A stretch of DNA of 45,883 bases. It comes from an uncultured Chloroflexota bacterium. Lineage in GTDB: Bacteria > Chloroflexota > Dehalococcoidia > UBA2979. The position numbers were made by a program, and so were the translations under genes. This document shows positions 8,163 through 17,994 of this stretch, piece after piece. Location of the stretch: assembly GCA_903917615.1 (NCBI GenBank), contig CAIXBH010000040.1, positions 1 to 45,883 on the forward strand, read 5' to 3'. Below the pieces are notes generated by a model. The model had not been told where the DNA came from. It saw only the letters and a list, made by a program, of their open reading frames with translations, and did no database searches. How positions within the stretch are numbered: the stretch's first letter is position 1; the number at the start of each line of letters is the position of its first letter.

Positions 8163-8218
8163 AGCGTCACCTCTGCTCTCGTCACGCGAGAACCGAGCCT
8201 TCAGCCCGCCCCCAAGGG

Positions 8219-9022
8219 CTAGTAGTACATGACCCCCGGGGTGCCGCCGCCGACCGCGATCGTGTCGCCGTTGATGGCGACGGACCGAGGCGAAGCGAGG
8301 AACGTCACGACCGCCGCTACCTCGCTCGCATCGACAAGGTGGCGGATGGTGTTGGCATTCGCCATCTGCTGCTCGATCTCGGCCTCGGTCACTCCCGCGG
8401 CAGCCGCTCGACGCGCGACATTCGCTGCGGTCGCCTCCGTCCGGACGCCGCCCGGGTGCACCACCGTGACGTTCACGCCCTGCGGCCCGAGTTCATCGGC
8501 GATGTTCTTCGTGAGCGCGCTCACGGCGGCGTTCCGCATGGTCGTAACCATGTTCCCGCCAGAGCTCCGCACCGCGAGACCGCCGATGTTGATGATGCGT
8601 CCCCAGCCCTGGGCGACCATGTGCGGCGCGACCTCGCGAGCGGTCCGGATGTAGCCCAGCACCTTCACGTCCATGTCCGGGAAGAACAGATCTTTGCTCA
8701 TGTCCTTCAGGCGCGGAATGCCGCCCGTCCCGCCGGGCGTCGCCGCGCAGTTCACCAGGATGTCGACCCCACCGAGCTGACGCACAGCCTCGGCGACGAG
8801 CTCTTGCACAGAGCCGTCGCTGGTCGTGTCCGCCACGACTGCCCGCACTCGGCGTCCGGTCTCCTCGGACAATTCTGTCGCGGTAGCCCTGAGCGCCTCC
8901 TCACCGCGTGCCGCAATGACGACATCGGCGCCCTCGAGCGCCAGCTCACGCGCAACGGCTTTGCCGATGCCGCGGCTGCCCCCGGCGATGATCGCGCGCT
9001 TCCCGGCCAGTTGCAGGTCCAT
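8219..9022 (-). CDS. SDR family oxidoreductase
   Basis: MDLQLAGKRAIIAGGSRGIG, VDILVNCA, GRIINIGG, VHPGGVRT; ATG at 9022 after ggaagggg; canonical YxxxK not evident. Confidence 0.92.
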   Translation of the reverse strand: MDLQLAGKRAIIAGGSRGIGKAVARELALEGADVVIAARGEEALRATATELSEETGRRVRAVVADTTSDGSVQELVAEAVRQLGGVDILVNCAATPGGTGGIPRLKDMSKDLFFPDMDVKVLGYIRTAREVAPHMVAQGWGRIINIGGLAVRSSGGNMVTTMRNAAVSALTKNIADELGPQGVNVTVVHPGGVRTEATAANVARRAAAAGVTEAEIEQQMANANTIRHLVDASEVAAVVTFLASPRSVAINGDTIAVGGGTPGVMYY

Positions 9023-9143
9023 GATGTGCCCCTTCCGTACGCGGGGAGCGTACCCGACCCAGCAGGCCTCGGGCGCCCGCGCAAGGCCCATCGCGGGGAA
9101 TACTGCGACGCTGGGCATCGGGAGCGCAGGCAGGGAGCCAGGC

Positions 9144-10072
9144 ATGTTCGGCGTCGTCATTCGGGGCAGAAATGCGTTAGAGGCCGTTGAGCAGATCGAG
9201 GCCGCGGAGGCGGCCGGCATCGAGGCGGTCTGGGCGACGATGTTCGGCGCCGGCGGGGTGGACATGATCCCCGTGTTCGCTGCTGCTGCCGCCCGAACCG
9301 CTCGCATCAAAGTCGGCACGGCGATCGTCCACACGTGGTCGCGGCATCCGGTCGTCCTGGCGCAGGAAGCGATGGCCATAGATCAGATCGCGCCCGGGCG
9401 GTTCCGGCTGGGGACCGGTTCCTCCACCCGCTTCTACGTCGAGCGCCTCTACGGGATGGAATACCGGAAGCCACTCTCGAACCTAGGCGAGATCTGCAGA
9501 CGGTGCGGCAACTCCTTGCAACCGGGAGCGCCGAGTTCGAGGGCGAGCACGTTCACACCCGCGCCCGGCTCGGCGTGTCCGCCCCAGGCGTGCCGGTGAT
9601 GGCCGCCGCCCTCCGCGAGGCATCGTTCGAGGTCTGCGGTGCACTGAGCGACGGTGCGATCTCGTGGATGTGCCCGCTGCGATACATCGAGAAGCGCGCG
9701 CTTCCGGCGCTCGAACACGGCGCGCGCGACGCCGGCGTCCAAACGCCGCCGCTGGTGGCGCACGTGCCGATCGCACTGGACGTCTCGCGCGGGGAGGCAC
9801 ATGACCGCGCGCGGTCCCTGCTGGCGATGTACGCACGCGTCCCGAACTACCAGCGCATGTTCAGGGACGCCGGCTACGACGTTTCTGACGGTTACGGCGA
9901 TGACCTGCTGGACGACCTCGTCCTCTGCGGCAGCGTGGAGGAGGTCTCCGCAGGCCTCCGGCGCTGGCACGACGCCGGGGTCGAGGTCATGGCGCAGCCG
10001 CTGATCGAGCCGGGGGATGCTGCCGGCCTGGCCGCTACCTTCGGCGCGCTGCGGCGCGCAGCGCAGCCGTAG
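9144..10072 (+). pseudogene. LLM class (luciferase-like) flavin-dependent oxidoreductase with a 1-nt frameshift; pseudogene or sequencing error
   Basis: The N-half (TARIKVGTAI...RHPVVLAQEA...GRFRLGTG) is in the frame of 8826..9599 and the C-half (LQTVRQLL...VPVMAAAL...DGAISW) is in the frame of 9335..10072. The switch is at gag-at-ctg, 9489-9496. Confidence 0.85.
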
Positions 10073-10086
10073 CCAACTCCGCCAGC

Positions 10087-10950
10087 TCAGGCCTTCGCGG
10101 AGACCAGGAACGCACGCGTCTCGCTGATAACGAGGTCCGGCCGATCGTGATGGACCCAGTGCGCCGCCTCCGGTACGAGAATCGCGCGTGCGTTCTTGAA
10201 GTGCTCCGCGTCAGCAACGCTCTGCCGGTGCGCCATGTGGGAGAGTTCCCCGTAGAACAAGAGCACCGGACACGGGATCGCACCCCAGAATGCCTCTCGC
10301 TCATCCGTCCGGATGTCCATCGACGTTCGACCGTGCACCCAGTTGTCGAACTTCCAAACGTAGCCGCCCTCGACGGGCTTCACTGCATAGCGAGCGATGT
10401 CCGGCACGAAATCCGCAGGTAGGCGCGGATTGGCCTCGGCAATGCGCGCTGCAGCTTCCTCCACGGTTTTGTATACCCGGGCGGATGGCACTTCGAACTC
10501 TCGGACGCGTCCCACCCATGTGCGCACCCATTCGGGGCTCATCCGAGGGAACGCCGGCGGCTGGTTCGAGGCCGTGCCCTCGATGCTGATGAGCGCGGAG
10601 ACCATGTCGGGATACGTAGCGGCGGTCATGGTCGCAACCTGGCCCCCGTACGAGTGCGCCATGACGACCACGGGGGTGCCTACGATCTCGAGCAGGCGGA
10701 GCAGGTCAGGGACGAGATCGGTGACGCCGTACTGACTCCCAACGGCCCAGTCCGAATCGCCGTGCCCACGCAGGTCGGGCGTCACCACGTGGTAACTGTC
10801 GCAGAACGCGGCAGCGATCCGATCCCAAGCGCGCGAGTGATCGCGCCCGCCGTGGATCAGCACCATGGGTGGAGCGGTCGGATTGCCCCAGTCCCAGTAG
10901 GACAGGCGCAACCGCTGCGACTCGAAGAAGTGCTGTTCAGGCGTTGCCAT
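10087..10950 (-). CDS. Alpha/beta fold hydrolase
   Basis: LIHGG, PDLRGHGDSD, nucleophile elbow AHSYGG, catalytic His in AHWVHHD. Confidence 0.93.
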   Translation of the reverse strand: MATPEQHFFESQRLRLSYWDWGNPTAPPMVLIHGGRDHSRAWDRIAAAFCDSYHVVTPDLRGHGDSDWAVGSQYGVTDLVPDLLRLLEIVGTPVVVMAHSYGGQVATMTAATYPDMVSALISIEGTASNQPPAFPRMSPEWVRTWVGRVREFEVPSARVYKTVEEAAARIAEANPRLPADFVPDIARYAVKPVEGGYVWKFDNWVHGRTSMDIRTDEREAFWGAIPCPVLLFYGELSHMAHRQSVADAEHFKNARAILVPEAAHWVHHDRPDLVISETRAFLVSAKA

Positions 10951-10999
10951 GGGTTCCCCAGTCTTCCATTGTTCGCAGCGCCCGATTGGCGCGTGCCGA

Positions 11000-11869
11000 T
11001 CAGGCCGATGTGGCCACCGCGCCGAGACTCGCGTACACGGCGCGACTTAGCAACAACGCACGCACATCCTCGCCGGAACCCACCTGGTTCATCACGTAGC
11101 CGAAACCAAGGCCGTGATCGAGATCCGCATAGCCCAGCGAACCGCCGAGCCCGCCGTGTCCGAACGCGCCCGGGCCACGCCCGTCGTCAACGCCGGGGAT
11201 CGGCAGCGCGTAGCCCAGACTGCGTCTCGACGTTCCCCCGGTGATGACGTCCGGGCCGAAGACTTGCTCCACGCTCGCGGCACGGACGGTCTCCGGGCGC
11301 ATCAGGGTGACCCCGTCCAGCGAGCCGCCATTGCCGAGCGTTGCGTACATCCGTCCAAGCCCGCGCGCGCTGGCGTGCCCGTTCGATGCGGGGATGACGG
11401 CTCGGCGCCATTCGGGTGTGCTCGTCGCGCGGAAGCGCCGGGGCGGGTTGTTGAATGCCTTCTTCTGCATCTCGTTCTGGCTGCTCGGCCGCCCGGCCGC
11501 CGCCATCGACACTGGTTCGATGAGCGTGGCCGTGCGAGCGTCATCGGCGGACGTCGTGCCCCAGAACAGATCGTTGCCGAGCGGTCCGCGGATTTCATCG
11601 CGCAAAAGCTCACCCGGTGTCTTGCCGGTCACGTGGTACAGGACGCCGCCGTTGAGCCAGCCGAACGTCGCCGCGTGGTACCCCATCTGCGTGCCAGGCT
11701 CCCAGAACAGTTCGGAGTCGGCGACGTACCCGAGCATGCGCTCCCAGTCGTAGATCGCCTCGTCCGGCACGCGCATGCTCGGTGCGGGGAGGCCAGCCGT
11801 GTGCGTCAGCGCGTGACGCACGAGCACCATGTCCTTGCCGTGCGCGGCGAACGCAGGCCAGTACCGGCT
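11000..11869 (-). pseudogene. 5'-truncated beta-lactamase-family serine hydrolase (EstB/class C-like)
   Basis: Homology starts abruptly at SRYWPAFAAHGK...LTHTAGLP. Retains WEPGTQMGYH, PASNG and FGHGGLGGS, but the N-terminal SxxK catalytic region is absent. Confidence 0.8.
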
Positions 11870-11962
11870 GGACCGCGCCAGGCGAAGGGCGACTACGTCA
11901 TCCTCTCCTCGGCGTTCCCGTACCCGTCGGGCGGGGGCTGCGGCATCATCGGCCGCGGCTAG
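11867..11962 (+). pseudogene. C-terminal remnant of a thiolase-like gene
   Basis: Reads AGPRQAKGDYVILSSAFPYPSGGGCGIIGRG-stop, resembling the AGERQV... tail of the thiolase-like gene at 16736; lies immediately upstream of a DUF35 gene. Confidence 0.6.
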
Positions 11963-12002
11963 ACCACCACCCCACCACAGCGAACAAGTCGAAGGAACGA
12001 CC

Positions 12003-12515
12003 ATGACAACACAGCAGGCCGCCCCCCTCCCCAACCCTGAGACGCGAGCGGGACAGGAAGAGATGAAGCGGATGGGGCTCGTCCCCTTCCCTGTACCGGA
12101 CGATCTCACACGACCGTTCTGGGACGCAGCAAACCGGCACGAGCTAGTCATCCAGAAATGCAGCGCGTGCAGCGAGTACCAGCACCCGCCGCGCGCGGCC
12201 TGCATGCACTGCGGCGGCAGTCAGCTCGACTGGACCAGGGTCAGCGGCAAGGGCACGGTGTACACGTTCATTGTCGACCACCGGAATGAAGTCCCCGGCT
12301 TCGATGGGAACTACGTGTTCGCGTTCGTGAACCCGGCTGAATCGAGCAAGCCCACGACGCGGATCACCTGCAACATCCTCGAATGCGACCCGGCCGACGT
12401 ATACATCGGCATGCCTGTCGAGGTCATGTACAAGGAGATCAAGCCGGGGATCACACTCCCGGAGTTCCGACCGGCGCCCGAGGCGAAACTGCGTTCCAAG
12501 GGCCAGAACCCGTAG
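12003..12515 (+). CDS. Zn-ribbon/OB-fold protein (DUF35/ChsH2-like)
   Basis: PFWDAA...LVIQKCSAC...HPPRAACMHCG, SGKGTVYTF, IGMPVEV; RBS gaagga. Confidence 0.92.
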   Translation: MTTQQAAPLPNPETRAGQEEMKRMGLVPFPVPDDLTRPFWDAANRHELVIQKCSACSEYQHPPRAACMHCGGSQLDWTRVSGKGTVYTFIVDHRNEVPGFDGNYVFAFVNPAESSKPTTRITCNILECDPADVYIGMPVEVMYKEIKPGITLPEFRPAPEAKLRSKGQNP

Positions 12516-12625
12516 ACAAGCAATGACGTCGGACTGCCACTGCACGTGATTCGTGCTTCGGATCGCATGCATGGACACCGCCGACGCCTCTCCGGAATTC
12601 AGCGAGTTACCTGCGGGGGACCTGA

Positions 12626-13819
12626 ATGTCAGACATGCTGGGCGGAGTGCGGATCGTCACGATCGAGGCCGTCGGAGTAGTCCCCGGCGCCACCGGCCTG
12701 ATGCGAGACATGGGAGCCGAAGTCATCAAGATCGAGCCCCCCGGAGGCGAGTCCGGCCGCGGCAACTGGAAGAAGTCAGCCGACCTAGGCGACACGTTCC
12801 CAGGCGGAAGCTTCTTCGACATCCGCAACCGCGGAAAGCAGTCGGTCACACTGAACGTCGCGGCTCCTGAAGGTCGCGACATCCTCGTGAAGTTGCTCGC
12901 CGAGGCAGACGTCTTCTGCCACAACCTCCGCGCGACGGCGGTCAAGCGCTATGGCCTCGATTACGAGACCCTGAGCGCGCTCTACCCGAAGCTCATTTAC
13001 GCGTCCTTCTCGGGCTATGGCGAAAAAGGGCTCGACAAGGACAAGGACGGCTGGGGTCCCGTCGCGTTGTGGTCACGCGCCGGTCTGGGTGCCCACTACG
13101 GTGACAACGACTCGATGCCCGAACCGACGCGCGGCGCGATGGACGACACCATTGCGACGATCGGCTTCCTCACGCTCGTCCTCGGCGCGCTGATGGAGCG
13201 GACTTCCAGTGGCCTCGGACAGCACGTCAGCACGAGCCACTATCAGCTCGGCACGTGGATCAACACCCCGATCGGCCAGGCGCTGCAAGGCGAGAAGGTC
13301 CCGTACCGCGTCGGGCACTGGGACAGCCCCACGCGTGCCATCTACGAGTGCCAGGACGGCCGATGGCTGTTCGTGCACGCGGGACGCCCTTCCCACTGGA
13401 AGGCGCTATGCGAGGCGATGGACCGGCCGGACCTGGTCAATGACGAGCGGTTTGCGAACCAAACCGCTGTCCGGCAGAACGCGAGGGCGCTCATCGAGAT
13501 CCTTCAGGTCGAAATGAAGAAGAAGCCGGCGCTCGAATGGGAGCGGATCATTACAGACAAGGGCGGCGCAAGTGGCATGGTCTACACGGTCGAGGATGTA
13601 GTGAACGACCCGCAGGCCGAGGCCAACGGCTTCTTCACCCACTACGACACGCCCGCCGGACCGAAGCGGCTGCTCAACCCGCCGTTCCAGTACAGCAGGA
13701 CGCCGCTGACGCCTAGAGGCCCGGCGCCTGAGGTTGGTCAGCATACGGACGCGATCCTCGCGGCAGCCGGATACGGACCAGAGGAGATCGCGAAGTTCCG
13801 ATCGTCCGGTGTCGTCTGA
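12626..13819 (+). CDS. Family III CoA-transferase (CaiB/BaiF)
   Basis: MGAEVIKIEPPGGE, NRGKQSVTLN, ADVFCHN, GQHVSTS, APEVGQHT. Confidence 0.93.
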   Translation: MSDMLGGVRIVTIEAVGVVPGATGLMRDMGAEVIKIEPPGGESGRGNWKKSADLGDTFPGGSFFDIRNRGKQSVTLNVAAPEGRDILVKLLAEADVFCHNLRATAVKRYGLDYETLSALYPKLIYASFSGYGEKGLDKDKDGWGPVALWSRAGLGAHYGDNDSMPEPTRGAMDDTIATIGFLTLVLGALMERTSSGLGQHVSTSHYQLGTWINTPIGQALQGEKVPYRVGHWDSPTRAIYECQDGRWLFVHAGRPSHWKALCEAMDRPDLVNDERFANQTAVRQNARALIEILQVEMKKKPALEWERIITDKGGASGMVYTVEDVVNDPQAEANGFFTHYDTPAGPKRLLNPPFQYSRTPLTPRGPAPEVGQHTDAILAAAGYGPEEIAKFRSSGVV

Positions 13820-14090
13820 GAGCCGAGGACTCGTGAGATCGCAAACTCCACGAAGGCGGGCGGGGAATTGGCAATGCCGATCAAACTGCTAAGCGTGGGG
13901 GTTCCGAGGCGTCGCATGGTATTGAGCCTACCGCGACGCGGGCGCCATCTCGGTATCCGAGGTCCATCGGACCGAGACGAGAACAACGGCTGAACCGGGC
14001 GTCCAGTCAGAATTGACACGAGGTTCTGGCACGCCGCGCGTCGTAGCAGCGCCCCCGGTCACCGGCTCGGCGACCAGCCCCGGAAACGAA

Positions 14091-14118
14091 GCGGGGGGAG
14101 CCGTTCGGCTCCCCCCGC
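14091..14118 (-). terminator. Hairpin terminator downstream of the SBP gene
   Basis: Perfect 12-bp stem gcggggggagcc/ggctccccccgc; T-rich tail on the minus strand. Confidence 0.8.
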
Positions 14119-14139
14119 GCGATCTCGCTACGTCGACGG

Positions 14140-15939
14140 CTATGCCTGGTCGTCGATGTAGTAGTACGGGAACAGGTCCTGCGTGACCTTCGCGCTGACC
14201 CACGGACGGAGCAGCTGCGGCCCGCGCACGTTCTTCCAGACCAGGTCGGTGACCTCGACGAAGGGACCGACCGGCCACACCACCATGTTGTCCATGGTCC
14301 ACTTGTTCATCTCGTGGATGCCCGCAACGCGCTCGTCGAAGTTCGTCACCGCCTGCTGCTTGCGCATCATGGCGTCGAGCTCCGGGTACTGCTTCCCGAC
14401 CATGGACGAGGAGCCGTTACTGCTCAGGAACTGGAGGTAGAAGCCCAGCGCGTCGCTTCCAGCGCCACCGGGCATGAAGTGGACCGCGGGCTGCGCCACC
14501 TTGCCCTGGAACTGCGCCTTCGCGCGCATGTACTTCGGCGTGTACTCAGTCACGTAGTCCACGGAGACCGCGTTCATCTTCATGCCGGCTTCCTGCACCA
14601 TGGCCTGCAGAATCTCGACGCGCTGCGGCCAGTTGGTGTCCCACTGGATGCCCGGGTAGACGTTGTCGAACTCGAACGTCTTGCCGGAGCCGTAGCCGGC
14701 TGCGGCCAGGAGCTTCTTCGCTTCCGCGATGTCGTTCTTCAGGTAGGCACCGGCAGGGCCAAACTTCGGGTCCTTCGGGTCCAGCCAGTACGGGCCGTAC
14801 CCACCGGAGATCGGCGCGTTCCAGCGCGTCGTCAACTTCGCGCCCAGCGGTTCGTACTGCTTCGGGTCGAACAGCAGGTCCGCGATCTTGTCGCGGTCGA
14901 TGGCCATCGACACCGCGCGGCGCAGCCGCACGTCGTGCCACGGCTGCCCGGGCGAGTACGAGAACACGAGGATCGGGCTGCGCCCGTCGTGCGCACCGAC
15001 GGAAACCTCGGTGCCCTTCAACTCCTTGGCGAACTGCACGATGTTCGTCTGCGACACCGCACCGAACTGCAGGGACTTGCTGCGGAACTGGACATCCAGC
15101 TGCGCCTGCTCCGGGATGATCGGAACGCTGAGCTTCTCGACGTACGGACGCTCGCCACCACCGCGGAACCACTTGGGGTTGCGCTTGAATTCGAACCCGA
15201 CGGAGGGCTTGTAGCTCTCCAGGATGAACGGACCCGTCCCGCGCGGCTCCTTCGCAAGGTCGAACTTCTCCAGCACGCCCTCGGCTGGCTGAATCCAGAA
15301 GCCGCCGGCGAGGTTCGAGAGCGCCGTCGCGTCCACGAACTTCATCTTCACGCGGACGGTGGACGCGTCCACCGCTTCCATCGACTCGATGGGGGCGTCA
15401 GGATTCGCCGAGTTGGCGAGGCGGGTGCGGTAGGTGTCGCTCTTGGCCCAGCGCTTCCAGCTCTCGACCACGTCCTGCGAGTTCACGGAGCGGCCATTGA
15501 GCGGCGCCTGGTCGTCGAACTTCGCGGCCTGGTTCAGGCGCAGGATCATCGTGAGCGGGTCGGGCTGCTCCCACTTCTCGACGAGGTCTCCGCGGATCTT
15601 GCCCGACGCGGGCTTTCCCTCGCCGTACTCGAACTCGAACAACCGGCTGTAGATGAGCTGGGACTGAGTGGGGAGCCCCCCGCCCGAGCGGACCGGGTCG
15701 AGGATGTCGGGGTTCTTCGTCTCGGCATATCGGAGGGCGCCCCCCGACTTCGGCTTGCCGGACGCGGCAGCCGGGGTGGCCAGCGCGGCGCCACCTGCCC
15801 CGGCCGGAGCCTTCGGCGTACCGGATGCGCTACAGCCGATCAGGGCCGCACTCGCGAGCCCGGCACCGGCGACGATTCCTCCACGAAGCACGGATCGGCG
15901 GTCGACGGACCGCGTGAACCAACGTGTCTCATTCGGCAT
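14140..15939 (-). CDS. ABC transporter substrate-binding protein, family 5 (peptide/nickel type), Tat lipoprotein
   Basis: DRRSVLRG twin-Arg, lipobox LIGC, LVEKWEQPD, GTGPFIL, DVRLRRAVSMAIDR. Confidence 0.93.
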   Translation of the reverse strand: MPNETRWFTRSVDRRSVLRGGIVAGAGLASAALIGCSASGTPKAPAGAGGAALATPAAASGKPKSGGALRYAETKNPDILDPVRSGGGLPTQSQLIYSRLFEFEYGEGKPASGKIRGDLVEKWEQPDPLTMILRLNQAAKFDDQAPLNGRSVNSQDVVESWKRWAKSDTYRTRLANSANPDAPIESMEAVDASTVRVKMKFVDATALSNLAGGFWIQPAEGVLEKFDLAKEPRGTGPFILESYKPSVGFEFKRNPKWFRGGGERPYVEKLSVPIIPEQAQLDVQFRSKSLQFGAVSQTNIVQFAKELKGTEVSVGAHDGRSPILVFSYSPGQPWHDVRLRRAVSMAIDRDKIADLLFDPKQYEPLGAKLTTRWNAPISGGYGPYWLDPKDPKFGPAGAYLKNDIAEAKKLLAAAGYGSGKTFEFDNVYPGIQWDTNWPQRVEILQAMVQEAGMKMNAVSVDYVTEYTPKYMRAKAQFQGKVAQPAVHFMPGGAGSDALGFYLQFLSSNGSSSMVGKQYPELDAMMRKQQAVTNFDERVAGIHEMNKWTMDNMVVWPVGPFVEVTDLVWKNVRGPQLLRPWVSAKVTQDLFPYYYIDDQA

Positions 15940-16279
15940 TGGACTGTTCCCTCCAGGACGGCTCGATGCGGCCTCCGCACCGGCACCCCCGCACGATAAG
16001 TCGACGACTGGCGGGCATCAACACGCGTAATGAGAGAAGGACACCTGGTCGGATGTTCGACGGAGGCCGGGCCCCTCCTGAGCGGGGACGGCATCGACAT
16101 CACGTGTGGTATCGTCGGCGCCGACCGAGGCGCTCCACGAGCGACCGCTGCGAGTCACCTCGCCGATGGTCGCCGGGAGCGCGGACGATGCGCCCATCAA
16201 ACGGCAGCACATTCGCGAGCAAGCGGCGTTCACCTCGTGCGACACGGGGGGGCGACCGGCAGCAGAAAGTAGGTACGAG

Positions 16280-16708
16280 ATGACCATGAGTGATTGGAGC
16301 AAGGTCGAGCGGCCGATTCCGATGCCGACCCCGCTCACCCAGCACTTCTGGGACGGTGCGAAGGCAGGGAAGATCATCTTCCAGCACTGCCAGGCCTGCG
16401 ATAACTGGCAGCACCCGCCCAGCCCGGTATGCACGAACTGCATCGGCGTGGACCTCAAGTTCGAAGAGGCCGCGCAGACGGGCACCATCTACTCCTTCAC
16501 CGTCGGCTTCCACGGCGGCGACCGCCGCTTCGCTGCGGCGATCCCGTACGCGAGCATCGTGGTGGAGATGGACGGCTCGAAGGTGCTGATGGCCGGGAAC
16601 CTCCTCGACGTGCCCTACACGGAGGCCCACGTCGGTCGCCGCGTGAAGGTCGTGTTCGAGCCGCTCACCGACGACATCACCCTCCCGCAGTTCAAGCTCG
16701 CCGACTAG
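16280..16708 (+). CDS. Zn-ribbon/OB-fold protein (DUF35)
   Basis: HFWDGAK...FQHCQAC...HPPSPVCTNC, GTIYSFT, VGRRVKVVF; start at 16280 or 16286. Confidence 0.92.
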   Translation: MTMSDWSKVERPIPMPTPLTQHFWDGAKAGKIIFQHCQACDNWQHPPSPVCTNCIGVDLKFEEAAQTGTIYSFTVGFHGGDRRFAAAIPYASIVVEMDGSKVLMAGNLLDVPYTEAHVGRRVKVVFEPLTDDITLPQFKLAD

Positions 16709-16735
16709 CCGTCCACGAGAAGGAAGGACCCATAC

Positions 16736-17923
16736 ATGGTCTGGGATCACCGGTTCGAGGTCGCGGTCAGCGGCGTCGGCATTTCGAAGATCACCCGCTC
16801 CTCTGAGACACCGCTCGCAGCACTCGCCGTGGACGCCGTGCAGAAGGCAGTCGCTGACTCCGGCCTGAAGATGTCGGACATCGACGGCCTGGTGACCTAC
16901 GCGGAGCTGCCCGCCTCCGGACACGCCGCCGTCGACGGTCTGACGATGGTCAGCACCAACGCGATGATGACCGCGCTCAAGCTGCCGAACCTCCGCTGGC
17001 ACATGCAGAACGAGACCGTGAACATCGGCGGCTCGACCCAGCTCGCCGTGAACGCGCTGATCGCGGGCGCCTGCGACTACGCGATCGTGTTCCGCGCGCT
17101 GCACAACCCGCCCGGTCAGTACCAGAACCTCCCGGGCAAGTTCGCCCAGGGCAACTCGCAGTTCACCGCGCCATACGGCTTCGGCGGCCCTGCGCAGGGG
17201 CTCGCGGTGGAGTACGCGCGCTACCTCGACCGCTTCGGTCAGGACCGCGAGAAGACCGCGGCGCTCCCGCTCGCGCAGCGCAAGCACGCGAACCTCACGC
17301 CGGAGGCCTACTTCTACGACACGCCGCTCACGCCCGAGGACTACCACAACTCGCGGATGGTGGCGTGGCCGTACCGCCTGTACGACTGCGACATCCCCGT
17401 GCAGGGGGCAACCGCGTACGTCCTCACGCGCACCGAGCGAGCGCGCGACCTGAAGCCGAAGCCGGCCCTGCTCGCGGGGTTCGGCCAGCGCATCCAGGTG
17501 GAGCTCAACGGACGGATCAGCAGCCGCGCCGACTACATGGGCGCAGGCGGCAGCTCGTCCAACCTCACGTGGGAGCGCGCGGGCCTCGGCCCGAAGGACG
17601 TCGACGTGGCGCAGATCTACGACGGATTCGTGGGATCCGCGATCTACGGCTTCGAGGCCTACGGCTTCTGCGGGGAGGGCGAGGCACTGGACTACATCCA
17701 GGGCGGTCGCATCGAGCTCGGCGGTGAGATGCCGGTGAACACCTTCGGCGGCAGCCTCAGTGCAGGCCGCCTGCACGGTGGCTGGCACATCATCGAGGGC
17801 GCCCTGCAGGCCTCGGGCCGGGCGGGCGAGCGTCAGGTGCCAAACGCCGAGGTGTCCTTCGTGGGCGCCAGCGGCGCGAACATCAATGCGACGACGTTCA
17901 TCTTCGTGCCCGAGCCGTACTAG
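16736..17923 (+). CDS. Thiolase-family (SCP-x/Ltp2-like) protein lacking the canonical active-site Cys
   Basis: VAVSGVG, DIDGL, RLYDCDIPVQGA, AQIYDGF, VNTFGGSLSAGRLHG, AGERQVPNA; RBS aaggaagg. Confidence 0.92.
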   Translation: MVWDHRFEVAVSGVGISKITRSSETPLAALAVDAVQKAVADSGLKMSDIDGLVTYAELPASGHAAVDGLTMVSTNAMMTALKLPNLRWHMQNETVNIGGSTQLAVNALIAGACDYAIVFRALHNPPGQYQNLPGKFAQGNSQFTAPYGFGGPAQGLAVEYARYLDRFGQDREKTAALPLAQRKHANLTPEAYFYDTPLTPEDYHNSRMVAWPYRLYDCDIPVQGATAYVLTRTERARDLKPKPALLAGFGQRIQVELNGRISSRADYMGAGGSSSNLTWERAGLGPKDVDVAQIYDGFVGSAIYGFEAYGFCGEGEALDYIQGGRIELGGEMPVNTFGGSLSAGRLHGGWHIIEGALQASGRAGERQVPNAEVSFVGASGANINATTFIFVPEPY

Positions 17924-17966
17924 GCAGCACGACGCCCGCATCGCGGGCCTCGACGGACTTGAAGCA

Positions 17967-17994
17967 GGAAGCCCTCGCGCGAGCGGGGGCTTCC
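17967..17994 (+). terminator. Hairpin with GCGA tetraloop after the thiolase-like gene
   Basis: ggaagccctcgc-gcga-gcgggggcttcc; no clear U-tract. Confidence 0.6.

Noticed and set aside
11000-12205. Intact 401-aa serine hydrolase
   Set aside because: The N-terminal ~110 aa are the antisense of the DUF35 gene and the thiolase remnant and contain no convincing SxxK in a family context; treated as a truncated gene.
13820-14090. Riboswitch or small gene in the 270-nt gap between convergent genes
   Set aside because: Only short hairpins, no recognisable riboswitch consensus, no ORF with an RBS or motifs, and the position is 3' of both neighbours.
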